Of a stretch of 38,126 nucleotides of DNA, positions 9,455 through 18,480 are shown piece after piece. The translations under genes and the position numbers were made by a program. Position 1 is the stretch's first letter. Every line of letters starts with the position of its first letter. The notes beneath the pieces are model-generated. The model was not told where the DNA came from and searched no databases. It saw only the letters and a program-made list of their open reading frames with translations. Origin of the DNA: a virus (taxonomy: Duplodnaviria; Caudoviricetes); IMG/VR virus record IMGVR_UViG_3300037470_000177, positions 1 through 38,126 of that record. One strand, 5' to 3'.

Positions 9455-9558
9455 TTTTCACTCCAAAAATGCCAGCTCCCGGTAGATAGAGCGCTTCTAC
9501 GTAATGGGGTTCTGAACCGACGTGGCTGAACCCTATCTACCGAGAACCTGCACGTTTA

Positions 9559-10011
9559 CTACGTGGACCCGACGAAGCTGTGACCAGCCGCAGTTGTGGC
9601 GAGGGTCAGCCAGGTATCGGTCGTCGCGCCGATCAACTCGACGGGATGACCAAGGGTCGACAACTTCACAGTCGCGTGGGTCGAACCAGCGGAGCTGGTG
9701 ACTTGGGCGTCAGTGAGATTGACGTATACCGGGCCGTTTGCCGTGCTGCTGGCGAGCACTTTGCGCACGCCGGGTACAGGTGGCTCCAGGGTGTATACAG
9801 CGCTCGATCCGGCACTTGTGCCGAGGTCGATGCTCACCCCAAAGGGTTTCAGGTCGGTATCGGTGCTTTCGGCGGTTGTTACACCGACACGAAAGTCATC
9901 CGGCCCGACTAGGAACTCATTCTGAGAACCACCAGATTCTGCAGAGCTGAGCCGCTGCAGACCTAAACGCCGTCCAAAAATGGACGTGAGGATTTTGCTT
10001 CCATATGCCAT
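9559..10011 (-). CDS. Ser/Thr-rich hypothetical protein, probably structural
   Basis: 150 aa, AGGAG RBS, beta-rich with many S/T clusters. Confidence 0.7.
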   Translation of the reverse strand: MAYGSKILTSIFGRRLGLQRLSSAESGGSQNEFLVGPDDFRVGVTTAESTDTDLKPFGVSIDLGTSAGSSAVYTLEPPVPGVRKVLASSTANGPVYVNLTDAQVTSSAGSTHATVKLSTLGHPVELIGATTDTWLTLATTAAGHSFVGST

Positions 10012-10048
10012 GATGTGTACTCCTGCGATTTATAAGTGCTTGTGGAGT

Positions 10049-10213
10049 TTAGCCCCTGCGGTGTTTCCCTTTTTGTTTGGCTTGTTGCTTGCCTTTGTTC
10101 TTCCGTAACTGGGTGGCCTTCTGCAGCGCAATCGCCATGGCCTGATTCTGCGACTTACCGTCCTCAATCAAGGACGTAACGTGGTCTGCAACGTCTTTCT
10201 GTTCGGTGCTCAT
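10049..10213 (-). CDS. Small basic phage protein (54 aa)
   Basis: Manual: MSTEQKDVADHVTSLIEDGKSQNQAMAIALQKA...; TGATG coupling to the upstream gene. Confidence 0.6.
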   Translation of the reverse strand: MSTEQKDVADHVTSLIEDGKSQNQAMAIALQKATQLRKNKGKQQAKQKGKHRRG

Positions 10214-10599
10214 CAATTCGCCTCTACGTACTCGGACAATCCCAGTACCACGGTGCGCTCTGCGTCCTGCGGTACGGCTACCCCGGCGCTGGTCATACTG
10301 GTCAATTTAATGCGTTGAAGCCCAGCAAATGGAGCTGGGTCAAACACCAAGATGGTGTTCGCGTTAACGGCATAAGTTAGGAAGTCGCCGTCGGTGTTGG
10401 TCACGCCGTAGAAATTCGTACTTAGGTCTACGCTCGCCTGGAAGCCGATACGCGCGTTTGTCCAGTTGGTTGAGAACTGAATGCAGGACAGAGTGAGGCC
10501 AGTAATATCAATCTCTTCGCTCACGCCAGCGGCTGCGGTGGAGAACTCCACAGAAGCAAACGTGCGGCTACTCGGTTTCGGGTGCTGTGGCTTCATCAC
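10213..10599 (-). CDS. Hypothetical beta-rich, Ser/Thr-rich protein
   Basis: 128-aa ORF in operon, overlapping the TerS end. Confidence 0.65.
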   Translation of the reverse strand: MMKPQHPKPSSRTFASVEFSTAAAGVSEEIDITGLTLSCIQFSTNWTNARIGFQASVDLSTNFYGVTNTDGDFLTYAVNANTILVFDPAPFAGLQRIKLTSMTSAGVAVPQDAERTVVLGLSEYVEAN

Positions 10600-11059
10600 T
10601 CTGTTCCCCTATCAGGTCTTGAGTCGCCTTCGCAAGCACAAAGGCAATGCGGCGGGCGGCTTCCAAATCGGACATGTCGTCGACGATGAGTGTACCACGG
10701 TCACCCTGGTTGTCATCGCTCTTGCCCTTCCACATTTCGGACTGGCGATTAGTCAGCCAGAATATGCAAGCTGCTGTATCAACTGGAACTATGACTTCCT
10801 CACGGAAGATCCCATCCTTGGTTTCCTTGTACTTGTTGATCTTGTACCCGCACGCCTTCTTGAACAGCGCACCGACCACCATCGCGTCGGCCTGCAGCCT
10901 ACCATCGCGCCACGCAGAAGCGAACTCGGGATACTTCTCTTCCCAAGCGTGCAAGGTAGATACTGAGTGGCCAAGAAGGCGGGCAATCTCGGCATCTTTG
11001 AGGCCCGCCATACTCAGGTCGCGTACCCTCGCTGCGTAGGAGGGCTGATACGTAGTCAT
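10568..11059 (-). CDS. terS: Terminase small subunit
   Basis: HTH (EIARLLGHSVSTLHAWEEKYPEF), ALFKKACGY and DTAACIFWLTNR motifs; start moved to ATG at 11059 (ATGA overlap with pseI). Confidence 0.85.
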   Translation of the reverse strand: MTTYQPSYAARVRDLSMAGLKDAEIARLLGHSVSTLHAWEEKYPEFASAWRDGRLQADAMVVGALFKKACGYKINKYKETKDGIFREEVIVPVDTAACIFWLTNRQSEMWKGKSDDNQGDRGTLIVDDMSDLEAARRIAFVLAKATQDLIGEQSDEATAPETE

Positions 11060-12045
11060 TCCACTAAATCCCAACTCATTGGTGTGCAGGGCGAAACGTC
11101 TTTGGTAAAACGCTTGCCGATTAGTTTATCCCAGTTATCAGGCTTGACACCAGAGGCAGGCCGGAGTACCGCGATATGTGACTCGGTTATGGCTTCGCCG
11201 GCCTTGGCTGCCTTCACAATCCATATTGATCTGCGGTACTGCAGACTGGTTTCTTCACCAGGGCGCGGGCCAAACTTCACTTCGCCCATAGCTGCTTCTG
11301 CCAGGCGTACAGCCCTGACCATCTGCGAGAACTCGTACGGCTCCATAGAGAACCCGGAATCAAGAGTGCCGTTGAACGCATTGCGTGTGAGGTGCTTCTC
11401 GATAACGGTCGCGCCAAGTGCCACGGCCATGATCGCCGCCGTGTTATCCACGCTGTGATCCGACAGTCCTACCGTCAAGTTCATGGCCTGCAGACGCATC
11501 ATTGTCTCCATGTTGAAGTTCTCAGGCTCTGCCGGGTAAGACGACAGGCAGTGCAGCACCGTCAGATCCTTACAGCCTTGCTCCCATGCCGTATGGACAG
11601 CGACCCAAATCTCAGTCAGCTCGGCCATGCCGGTGGATATAATCAGGGGCTTGCCAGTGGCCGCTGCTGCAGCGATCAACTGGTGATGGCCTATCTCGGG
11701 GCTGGCGATCTTGTAGATGGGGCAGTCAATGGACTCCAGACGGTGCACAGCCCCTACTGAGAACGGCGAAGAGAACGGCACAATACCTATCTCGCGGGCC
11801 AGCTTGAACAGCGGCCTGTGCCACTCCCACGGCATCGAGCCCTCTGCGTACAGTTCATGATAGCTGCTACCACCCCAAGGCCCGCCAACAATAGGCACGT
11901 CGACGGCTATCTCTGCCGGCGTATAGGTCTGGAACTTCACGGCGTCGGCGCCGCAGTCCTTGGCTATACGCACCAGCCGTTCGGCCTCGTCGTAGGACTG
12001 CCGATGGTTGGCGCCTATCTCGGCGACGATGAATGCTTTAGTCAT
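11056..12045 (-). CDS. pseI: Pseudaminic acid synthase / NeuB-family nonulosonate synthase
   Basis: IVAEIGANH, GADAVKFQTY, YKIASPE, GLSDH, IEKH motifs; C-terminal SAF domain. Confidence 0.9.
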   Translation of the reverse strand: MTKAFIVAEIGANHRQSYDEAERLVRIAKDCGADAVKFQTYTPAEIAVDVPIVGGPWGGSSYHELYAEGSMPWEWHRPLFKLAREIGIVPFSSPFSVGAVHRLESIDCPIYKIASPEIGHHQLIAAAAATGKPLIISTGMAELTEIWVAVHTAWEQGCKDLTVLHCLSSYPAEPENFNMETMMRLQAMNLTVGLSDHSVDNTAAIMAVALGATVIEKHLTRNAFNGTLDSGFSMEPYEFSQMVRAVRLAEAAMGEVKFGPRPGEETSLQYRRSIWIVKAAKAGEAITESHIAVLRPASGVKPDNWDKLIGKRFTKDVSPCTPMSWDLVE

Positions 12046-12445
12046 GGCTGTAGGTCACTTGAATGAATTTGAAACCGAGGCGGTCAAACAGACACCGCGA
12101 TGCCCAGTTGCCGGGATTGATATTTGCCAGGAACGGGCCGTCATGCTGCTTCATCAGCTCTTTAATAGCTGCGTGAGCGAAGCCATTGCCCCTGCATTTC
12201 TCGAATATCGCAATGCCTATCTCGTTCTGCCTGGTCAGGTATGCAGAGCCTACTAAGCGCTCGCTATGCTTAATCAGATACCACGCCCTGTACGGCTTCG
12301 ACTGTATAAAAGCCACGTGCGCGTCCCAGCCAGGCATTTCCTTGTGCGAAATAGACTGTTCCGGCAAGCGCTCTTCGAGCAATCTGTACAGCAGGCGGCA
12401 ATGCGGAGTGTGATTTACATCCACTTCTACCAGTTCAATGCTCAT
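12038..12445 (-). CDS. GNAT N-acetyltransferase (PseH-like)
   Basis: RGNGFA acetyl-CoA motif, N-AS-LF-RLGF; start at ATG 12445 (ATGA overlap). Confidence 0.75.
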   Translation of the reverse strand: MSIELVEVDVNHTPHCRLLYRLLEERLPEQSISHKEMPGWDAHVAFIQSKPYRAWYLIKHSERLVGSAYLTRQNEIGIAIFEKCRGNGFAHAAIKELMKQHDGPFLANINPGNWASRCLFDRLGFKFIQVTYSHD

Positions 12446-13200
12446 ACCCTTACCTCCCAGCCTTTCCCCTGCAGGTACTCGGCTGCACCGTATGGTGTTG
12501 CGTCTGTCCACTGGAACATGGCGCCAGAGGCCACCGCTGACGCGCCGGCCTTCAATGCCCTATCCATATGCCCGTAGTCCCCACATCCGCCGTTGGCTAT
12601 CACTGGAATGCTGACAGCCTTGGCGATCTTCCTGATAAGCCCCAGGTCGTACCCATTCATCATGCCATCGTTCATCACGTTCGTGACGATCAGCTCGCCG
12701 GCACCGTACATCTCCATGTCCTTGGCGAACTGCACAGGGCTGTAGAAGTGCGTTTCGGCGCCGCAGTTGGTGGTGAGGAACCAGTTGCTGCAGTTCGGGT
12801 CGTATACTGCGTCGACTGCCACGACAATGGCCTGGCTGCCGAACTTCTTCGCTGCATCGCGCACCAACGACACCGTGTTGAACGCAGCGGTACCGATCAC
12901 TACTTTGTCAGCGCCGTTGGCTAGAAGTTCCCTAACGTGCTCCATACAGCTCACGCCACCACCTGCGGCGATGGGCATGAAACACCTCTCAGTGAGATTC
13001 TTTATCATTTCCACGTCAGGATAGCCGCGTGCAGTGGCTCCAACGTCCAGCACCACCAGTTCATCGACTTTGCGCATCTGGTATATCTCGGCAGCCTGCA
13101 TAACATTGCCGACGGCGCGCTGGGAGTTGAACTGCTTACCCTTCACCAGAAGGCCGTCGCGGGTAAGCATTACCGGAATGATGCGACGTGCGAGGCTCAT
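12442..13200 (-). CDS. HisF-like cyclase of acetamidino-sugar modification (WbuZ-like)
   Basis: RIIPVML, DELVVLDV, GADKVVIG, DGMMNGYD, PVIANGG; adjacent to the N-acetyl sugar amidotransferase; start ATG 13200. Confidence 0.85.
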   Translation of the reverse strand: MSLARRIIPVMLTRDGLLVKGKQFNSQRAVGNVMQAAEIYQMRKVDELVVLDVGATARGYPDVEMIKNLTERCFMPIAAGGGVSCMEHVRELLANGADKVVIGTAAFNTVSLVRDAAKKFGSQAIVVAVDAVYDPNCSNWFLTTNCGAETHFYSPVQFAKDMEMYGAGELIVTNVMNDGMMNGYDLGLIRKIAKAVSIPVIANGGCGDYGHMDRALKAGASAVASGAMFQWTDATPYGAAEYLQGKGWEVRV

Positions 13201-14261
13201 TTTTTGTTGCTCTCGGGAGTGAATTTGTCGATCAGCATATCCAGCTGCTTGCGGTTTATACCCAGCCGGTCGCATACCTGCGTCATCGATACGCCTGCGT
13301 AGCGGGTAGGGAACAATCCCTCGCGCCTGGCCAGGATCTTTTCGGCTTCCACACGGTTTATGTCACCGTTGCGTATATCCACCGACAGCTGGGCGCAGGC
13401 CCTGCCGTAGCCGTATTTCTTCCACATCATGTAGTCATGCAGCCCGGTCATGGCGTTATCCAAGTTCTCCCAGGGCCACCAGTTGCCGTCGAACGGCAAT
13501 TCGTACTCCATGCCGGCGTCTTCCGCGATCTGCGCGTTCTCGCGGCTATTCCAGCGGAGGTACTGCCCCAGGAAGTGTGCTTCGACTCCAGCCTTCTCAA
13601 TCGCAGCGTCAGTGGGGAACTCGTACTCGGCCATGTCGGCGCGGGTTATGCCGTCCCAGCCAACCATGTCAGCTGGACGCAGGCCGAGAAAACCCCCGAA
13701 CTCTGAAACCCATCGACGGGTCATCTGCTTGGCATCTTCCGTGCCTAAAGGCCCACCATACGCTGCCTGCGGATTCTCCCCGTAAAACACCAAAGGTATG
13801 CCCAAAGCAACAGCCATACGTATGGGCGAAGTGAATATTGCGACATGTTCCGGCCATGATACGTCTCCCACCAGGGTCAAACCGAGCAAGTTCAACTTGG
13901 CGCGCACTGTCTGGTTCGGTGTTACCTCAATCGTCGGCGCATAACGTTTCAGGTTGTCGATATTCCGGCGACCCAGGTCGGTCAGCATGCAAGTGGTAGC
14001 CGTCACGATCAGCGGCTTTACGCCCATGCAAAGCAGACTCAGCACCTGCGCCGTCGAATCCTTGCCGCCACTGGACGCGACGATGCAGTCATACGGGCCC
14101 TTACCCCTATGACGGTCGAGCAAGGCAATAAGTTCCCCCTTGCGCGCCTTCCAATCTACCTGCTGCTGCGCGTCGTGGTTCAAGCAGGCCGAGCAAACGC
14201 CGTTGACGAAAGCGGTATCAGGCCTGTTTGCACTCATCAGACACCTAGTGCACCTTTGCAT
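13197..14261 (-). CDS. N-acetyl sugar amidotransferase (WbuX/WbpG/PseA family)
   Basis: CTRC...CSAC, PP-loop SSGGKDS, FYGEN, KYGYGRA; start moved to ATG 14261. Confidence 0.88.
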   Translation of the reverse strand: MQRCTRCLMSANRPDTAFVNGVCSACLNHDAQQQVDWKARKGELIALLDRHRGKGPYDCIVASSGGKDSTAQVLSLLCMGVKPLIVTATTCMLTDLGRRNIDNLKRYAPTIEVTPNQTVRAKLNLLGLTLVGDVSWPEHVAIFTSPIRMAVALGIPLVFYGENPQAAYGGPLGTEDAKQMTRRWVSEFGGFLGLRPADMVGWDGITRADMAEYEFPTDAAIEKAGVEAHFLGQYLRWNSRENAQIAEDAGMEYELPFDGNWWPWENLDNAMTGLHDYMMWKKYGYGRACAQLSVDIRNGDINRVEAEKILARREGLFPTRYAGVSMTQVCDRLGINRKQLDMLIDKFTPESNKK

Positions 14262-14715
14262 AGTTACCTCCTGTGCGCTTTTCGCGTTTGTAAGCTGCGT
14301 GGCAATCGCGGTGGTGGGCCGTATTCCTGTTTGGCTTGACGTACATATTCCCTGGCGCGTCGTACTGCTTACAGTGCACACACTTCAACCAGCTAGCGTG
14401 GCCGCACGCCTCGTAAGCTCTAGTCCGCTGGTGAATCAAGACGTGGTAAGACTGGTCAGGGCATATAACCAGATTCGACGGGTCATCGTTACTGTGATCT
14501 AGATCAACGTGGTGCACTACAACTCCATCTGGTAGCTTTTTACCTAAAGCGCGCTCGGCAACAGCTATGTAATTAGTGCAGTTTTCAGCTTTCCTCGGCT
14601 GTGCTTCCCCTGCCTCACCGCTACTGCACAGACGCTGATAGTGCATGTTGCACAAACCTTTAGCTCTATGCGGCCTGCTACAGCCTTCAACATCGCATCT
14701 AACGCATCGATTCAT
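14245..14715 (-). CDS. HNH homing endonuclease
   Basis: CDVEGC...GLCNMHYQR, VVHHVDLDHSNDDPSNL...YHVLIH; start ATG 14715. Confidence 0.85.
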   Translation of the reverse strand: MNRCVRCDVEGCSRPHRAKGLCNMHYQRLCSSGEAGEAQPRKAENCTNYIAVAERALGKKLPDGVVVHHVDLDHSNDDPSNLVICPDQSYHVLIHQRTRAYEACGHASWLKCVHCKQYDAPGNMYVKPNRNTAHHRDCHAAYKREKRTGGNYAKVH

Positions 14716-15307
14716 TGACAGGCTTCTCCAGCAGGAAGTAGGTAATGTCGTCGCCGTCGTCGGTGTGGTACTTGAACCCATACTTCAACAGCTTCAAGTC
14801 CGGGTACAGCTCCATCAGCCTGCCGGCGAAGTCGTCAGCCCATAGAGCTTGAAAGTGCCCCCGGTACAGCAGGCCGCGCCGCTTGGTCGCGTAATACTCG
14901 GCGATGCAGATGTAACGCGAAGACAGGTTGTATATGCCGCGCAGCGTTTCTTCCAGCACTTCAAGCGGCTGGTGAATCAGGAAGCCCCGCGTCAACACCA
15001 GATCGTACTTGCCGTGTAGTTGTGCTTCGAGAAATGAAGCGTTATACGGCGATATGCCGCGAGCCTTCATCGTTTCGCAGGCCATAGAGTTGATATCAAG
15101 CCCTACCAGTACCCGCTTACCCATCATGTAATTCCCGATGGCTGCCAGGTTGTCACCCTGGCCGGCGCCCAGCTCCAGTACCGAGGTAAGTTCGCTGAAA
15201 CGCCCTGACAGCACCTCATACCAGAACTCGTTGCGATTCTTCTGCACGTTGCGCCCATGGTAGTCATCACCGAACTTGCCCTGCCACAGCTTCTCCTGCT
15301 TATTCAT
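14699..15307 (-). CDS. Pseudaminic-acid-biosynthesis-associated SAM methyltransferase
   Basis: QEKLWQGKFGDDYHGRN N-terminus, VLELGAGQG SAM motif, YDLVLTRGFLIH, YRGH...LW-DF. Confidence 0.85.
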   Translation of the reverse strand: MNKQEKLWQGKFGDDYHGRNVQKNRNEFWYEVLSGRFSELTSVLELGAGQGDNLAAIGNYMMGKRVLVGLDINSMACETMKARGISPYNASFLEAQLHGKYDLVLTRGFLIHQPLEVLEETLRGIYNLSSRYICIAEYYATKRRGLLYRGHFQALWADDFAGRLMELYPDLKLLKYGFKYHTDDGDDITYFLLEKPVNESMR

Positions 15308-15425
15308 CACCATCGACTCCCTTCGCGCCGTACTTCCAGCTCCCATAGATATTGCCAATGCCGAACCCAGATACGAGTGCGACTATGGCTATCACCAGCC
15401 ACGAAAAATCAGTTAATTCAAGCAT
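15300..15425 (-). CDS. Small membrane peptide (41 aa)
   Basis: Manual: MLELTDFSWLVIAIVALVSGFGIGNIYG...; fills the gap, overlapping both neighbours. Confidence 0.45.
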   Translation of the reverse strand: MLELTDFSWLVIAIVALVSGFGIGNIYGSWKYGAKGVDGDE

Positions 15426-16017
15426 CGTCGAGCCTCGCAAACATCTTCATTGCACGCTTCCAGTCCTCGTGCGTGTTGATATCGCAGATCCTTTCGTCTG
15501 CGACGTGGATCATCCGCGTGTATTCATTGATCAATGGAATTTCATCGATAAAGTCGCAAGTGCGGCCCCAGTAGAATTGACCGGCATCACGCAAGTCTGG
15601 ATACCCGACACTGAACACGAACGTAGTGAGGTCGCTTGCAACCAGCATCGCGTAACCATCACACAGATCCTCTACGCTCATGAGCGGCGATGTTGCGTAT
15701 ATGCAGCAGGCTACGTGGCCAGCTTGATCGTTCGGCCCTAGACCCATCGCCTGCAAGCATTCGCGTACCACCTCTTGCGTGCCAACGTCATCAGCACCAT
15801 ATGCAGGATCACGCCTGTGCACCTTCGCCCCGTACGCCTCTGCGAGCAGCGATATCTCATCGTCGTCCGTCGATACAACGATATGATCGAACAGCCCGCT
15901 TTCCTTCGCCTTCTGAATTGAATAGGCGATGATGGGCTGGCCATAGAAGTCCTTGATATTCTTGCGTGGGATCCGCTGGCTCCCACCACGCGCAGGGATT
16001 ACTGCGATAACGCTCAT
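15418..16017 (-). CDS. pseF: CMP-nonulosonate synthetase (cytidylyltransferase)
   Basis: IPARGGSQRIPRKNI, VSTDD, CCIYATSP, DAGQFYW, DINTHEDW. Confidence 0.9.
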   Translation of the reverse strand: MSVIAVIPARGGSQRIPRKNIKDFYGQPIIAYSIQKAKESGLFDHIVVSTDDDEISLLAEAYGAKVHRRDPAYGADDVGTQEVVRECLQAMGLGPNDQAGHVACCIYATSPLMSVEDLCDGYAMLVASDLTTFVFSVGYPDLRDAGQFYWGRTCDFIDEIPLINEYTRMIHVADERICDINTHEDWKRAMKMFARLDDA

Positions 16018-16274
16018 GCCCTATATCCCTCTAGCAAAGTTTCAATAAGCGAGCCATCCAGCGCCACATAGACTAGATACCTGCCGTGCTGATCCTGCAA
16101 CTTCTCTAGCTTGTAGATCGTTGTATCGAATTTCGATGTAGCCATCGGGTCGGCGGGCTGGGATATGGTTGCGGGGCATTGCTCGAAGAATGGCATGCAC
16201 AATTCAGGCGACAGGTATTCGACTTCACGCCATTGGCCGTCGGCGGGCCCACCTATGAATAAAACCTTCATCAC
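16014..16274 (-). CDS. Hypothetical protein
   Basis: 86 aa, FIGGPADG N-terminus, coupled in operon. Confidence 0.65.
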   Translation of the reverse strand: MMKVLFIGGPADGQWREVEYLSPELCMPFFEQCPATISQPADPMATSKFDTTIYKLEKLQDQHGRYLVYVALDGSLIETLLEGYRA

Positions 16275-16594
16275 AGCACCTCTGCCAGTATCGAGTCGAC
16301 TACCTGCATCGCCGTCTTCTGCGGCCCCGCCTTGCCCATCGTCCGCATGATGTGGCCAGTACGGGCAATCAATGCCAGGCGCTGCATATCAGTGATTCCC
16401 CTTGTCGTCTGTACATGCACTTCGACCCCGCACACCTCGGCGGCATGCAGTATCGAGTTGGCCACGCTTACTGCCAGTTCCGGGTCGAGCACGTACTTCC
16501 TCGACTCAGTTTGATCGTTGGTTACAGTCTCCGCTTCGACTACCACGTTCTGTTCAGTGCTGTCAGTCCTGACGATCAGCTTGATGTTTTTCAT
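16271..16594 (-). CDS. Hypothetical protein
   Basis: 107 aa, overlapping start/stop coupling. Confidence 0.65.
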   Translation of the reverse strand: MKNIKLIVRTDSTEQNVVVEAETVTNDQTESRKYVLDPELAVSVANSILHAAEVCGVEVHVQTTRGITDMQRLALIARTGHIMRTMGKAGPQKTAMQVVDSILAEVL

Positions 16595-17214
16595 CTGAAC
16601 ACCTCAAACGTGGATAGATCAGGGTAGTCGTCGTTCGGCAGTGGCTTATTGTGCTTCGGCAGGACGGACAGCTTGTGCAGCAGCCTGGCCGCTACATCCG
16701 GCGACATGTAGCAGTGATATCCAATTTCCGTAAACGTATCCTTGTTAGGTGGCACGCCTTCTGTTCTACCATCAAAGCGCATGCGTCTAAGCCACGCGTC
16801 TGCATGTACATCGTCCAGCAGGATCGCTCCCCCCTGGGTATCGCCCAGTACCTTTGTGGCGTGGAATGAAACGCACTGCATAAACCCGCTAGTGTACATG
16901 CCACCACTAAAGAACCTGGCGCTATCCCATACTGGTGATGGCTCCAGCCTGTACATGCCGCACCATTCCTCTTCCCGGAACGCTACCTCAGCACCAGCGT
17001 GGATAATGCTCATTGGCACGCCGACATACGTCTTACTTGGAATGGTTACTACAGGCGCGGGCCTGGGGCGTATAAGCCCGCAACGGTCGACGTACCACTT
17101 CACGGCCAATAACAGCGCCATGGTGCAACTGTTCACTGCTACGCAATACGGTGCGCCTGTGTACTCACATACTGCGCGTTCGAAGTCACGCACTACCTGA
17201 AAGGGATTAGACAT
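16591..17214 (-). CDS. DegT/DnrJ/PseC-family PLP aminotransferase, unusually short
   Basis: VAVNSCTMAL, WDSA, SFHATK (PLP lysine), GGAIL; 207 aa. Confidence 0.8.
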   Translation of the reverse strand: MSNPFQVVRDFERAVCEYTGAPYCVAVNSCTMALLLAVKWYVDRCGLIRPRPAPVVTIPSKTYVGVPMSIIHAGAEVAFREEEWCGMYRLEPSPVWDSARFFSGGMYTSGFMQCVSFHATKVLGDTQGGAILLDDVHADAWLRRMRFDGRTEGVPPNKDTFTEIGYHCYMSPDVAARLLHKLSVLPKHNKPLPNDDYPDLSTFEVFR

Positions 17215-18067
17215 TGGCCAAGTGCTCTTTCAATTCGTCGATGGTCATACGCCTGGCCGTATCGCTGCACAGCCCTTCACGCATGGATTCATGAAGTTTT
17301 TCAAACTCAGGTAAACCCTTGGCGTACTTGAACCACGTAGGGCCCATTGCTTCTAGCAGATCGCCCAGGCGATATGCCGGCAACCATTCAGGTATCTCCA
17401 GCTCGCCTCCCCTCATGCGAAGCGCCAGTTCCCACACAAGGTTGACAGCCTGGCCGATGGTCATGAAGAACCTCGTACACTCCAGATCAGTCACATAGAC
17501 CGGGTCGCCCCGCACCATCGCCTCTTTCCACTTCGGAACGACTGAGCCCTGGGCATTCCATACGTTGCCATACCTGACAGCCGCAAACATCGGCCCCCGC
17601 GTACCGTGCATGTTGTTTGCTGCAAGCAGCAAGCTTTCTCCCAGGGCCTTTGACTGGCCATAGGGCGATACAGGCTGGAAGGCTTTATCTGAGCTCAGAC
17701 CAACTACACGCTTAACGCCTGCTTCCGTTGCGGCTTCAATCAGATTCATAGTCCCAAGGACGTTTGTCTTGACCATTTCATCTGGATTGTAGGCACCAGT
17801 CTCGATTCGCTTTAAAGCTGCGGCGTGAAAGATTGTGTCAGAGCCCCTACAAGCTCGTTTAAGCCTATCTAAGTCACGAACGTCACCCACCATCCACCTG
17901 AGGCGTGAATCATCGCCTAAGGCATCGCGCATCGCCGCCTGGGCATGTTCACCACGTGAGTAGACGCAAATTCTGTCGATATTGGTGTTTTGGAGTACGG
18001 AACGAACAAAGGCTTGTCCGAATGTACCTGTGCCGCCAGTCACGAGAATCGAGTTGATCATATTCAC
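17207..18067 (-). CDS. pseB: UDP-GlcNAc 4,6-dehydratase (PseB/FlaA1 family)
   Basis: ILVTGGTGTFG, GDVRD, HAAALK, SSDKA, YGQSK, RYGNV, TRFFM. Confidence 0.9.
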   Translation of the reverse strand: MNMINSILVTGGTGTFGQAFVRSVLQNTNIDRICVYSRGEHAQAAMRDALGDDSRLRWMVGDVRDLDRLKRACRGSDTIFHAAALKRIETGAYNPDEMVKTNVLGTMNLIEAATEAGVKRVVGLSSDKAFQPVSPYGQSKALGESLLLAANNMHGTRGPMFAAVRYGNVWNAQGSVVPKWKEAMVRGDPVYVTDLECTRFFMTIGQAVNLVWELALRMRGGELEIPEWLPAYRLGDLLEAMGPTWFKYAKGLPEFEKLHESMREGLCSDTARRMTIDELKEHLANV

Positions 18068-18199
18068 CAGCCGTAAAGTTTTTGGCCAAGGGCTGAATGT
18101 TAGAAGGGGAATGGTTTTTCGTCAAAGCTGTGAGCCAGCAGCGAACAAGTCTGTGTTCACCCTGGGAAACGAGATACCTGACAGCTTTTGCGATCTGGG

Positions 18200-18480
18200 A
18201 AAATGCTGTCACATAAATACACACAAACATCGGTTTTTAATTAAAAAATACAATTAATCACCCATAAAAAGCCCAAAATCTATTTATTTACGTGAATACA
18301 TATATTTTTATTTTTTTTATGTGACTACTTATAGATAGCACGTTCTAGAGCGGCTGGTGCTGTCACAAAACGCTTGTGACGCGTCTGTGACAGCGTGACA
18401 GCCTAAACGCCAAAAAGGCCCTTTTTTAGGCTTATGTTGTCACAAGTGTCACACCCGATTTCCTTGTTGTCACAACTACT
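18200..18480. repeat. AT-rich non-coding region with nine TGTCAC(A)/(T)GTGAC motifs
   Basis: Copies at 18207, 18320, 18361, 18375, 18386, 18395, 18438, 18447, 18468, in both orientations, around an AT-rich tract at 18230-18320. Confidence 0.7.

Noticed and set aside
12442-13200. Histidine biosynthesis gene hisF as an auxiliary metabolic gene
   Set aside because: Adjacent to the N-acetyl sugar amidotransferase, so the sugar-modification paralogue is more likely; no other his genes
16048-16056. Isolated AGCGAGCCA edge-repeat match
   Set aside because: Inside a CDS on the opposite strand, with no loop repeat 9 nt later; chance match
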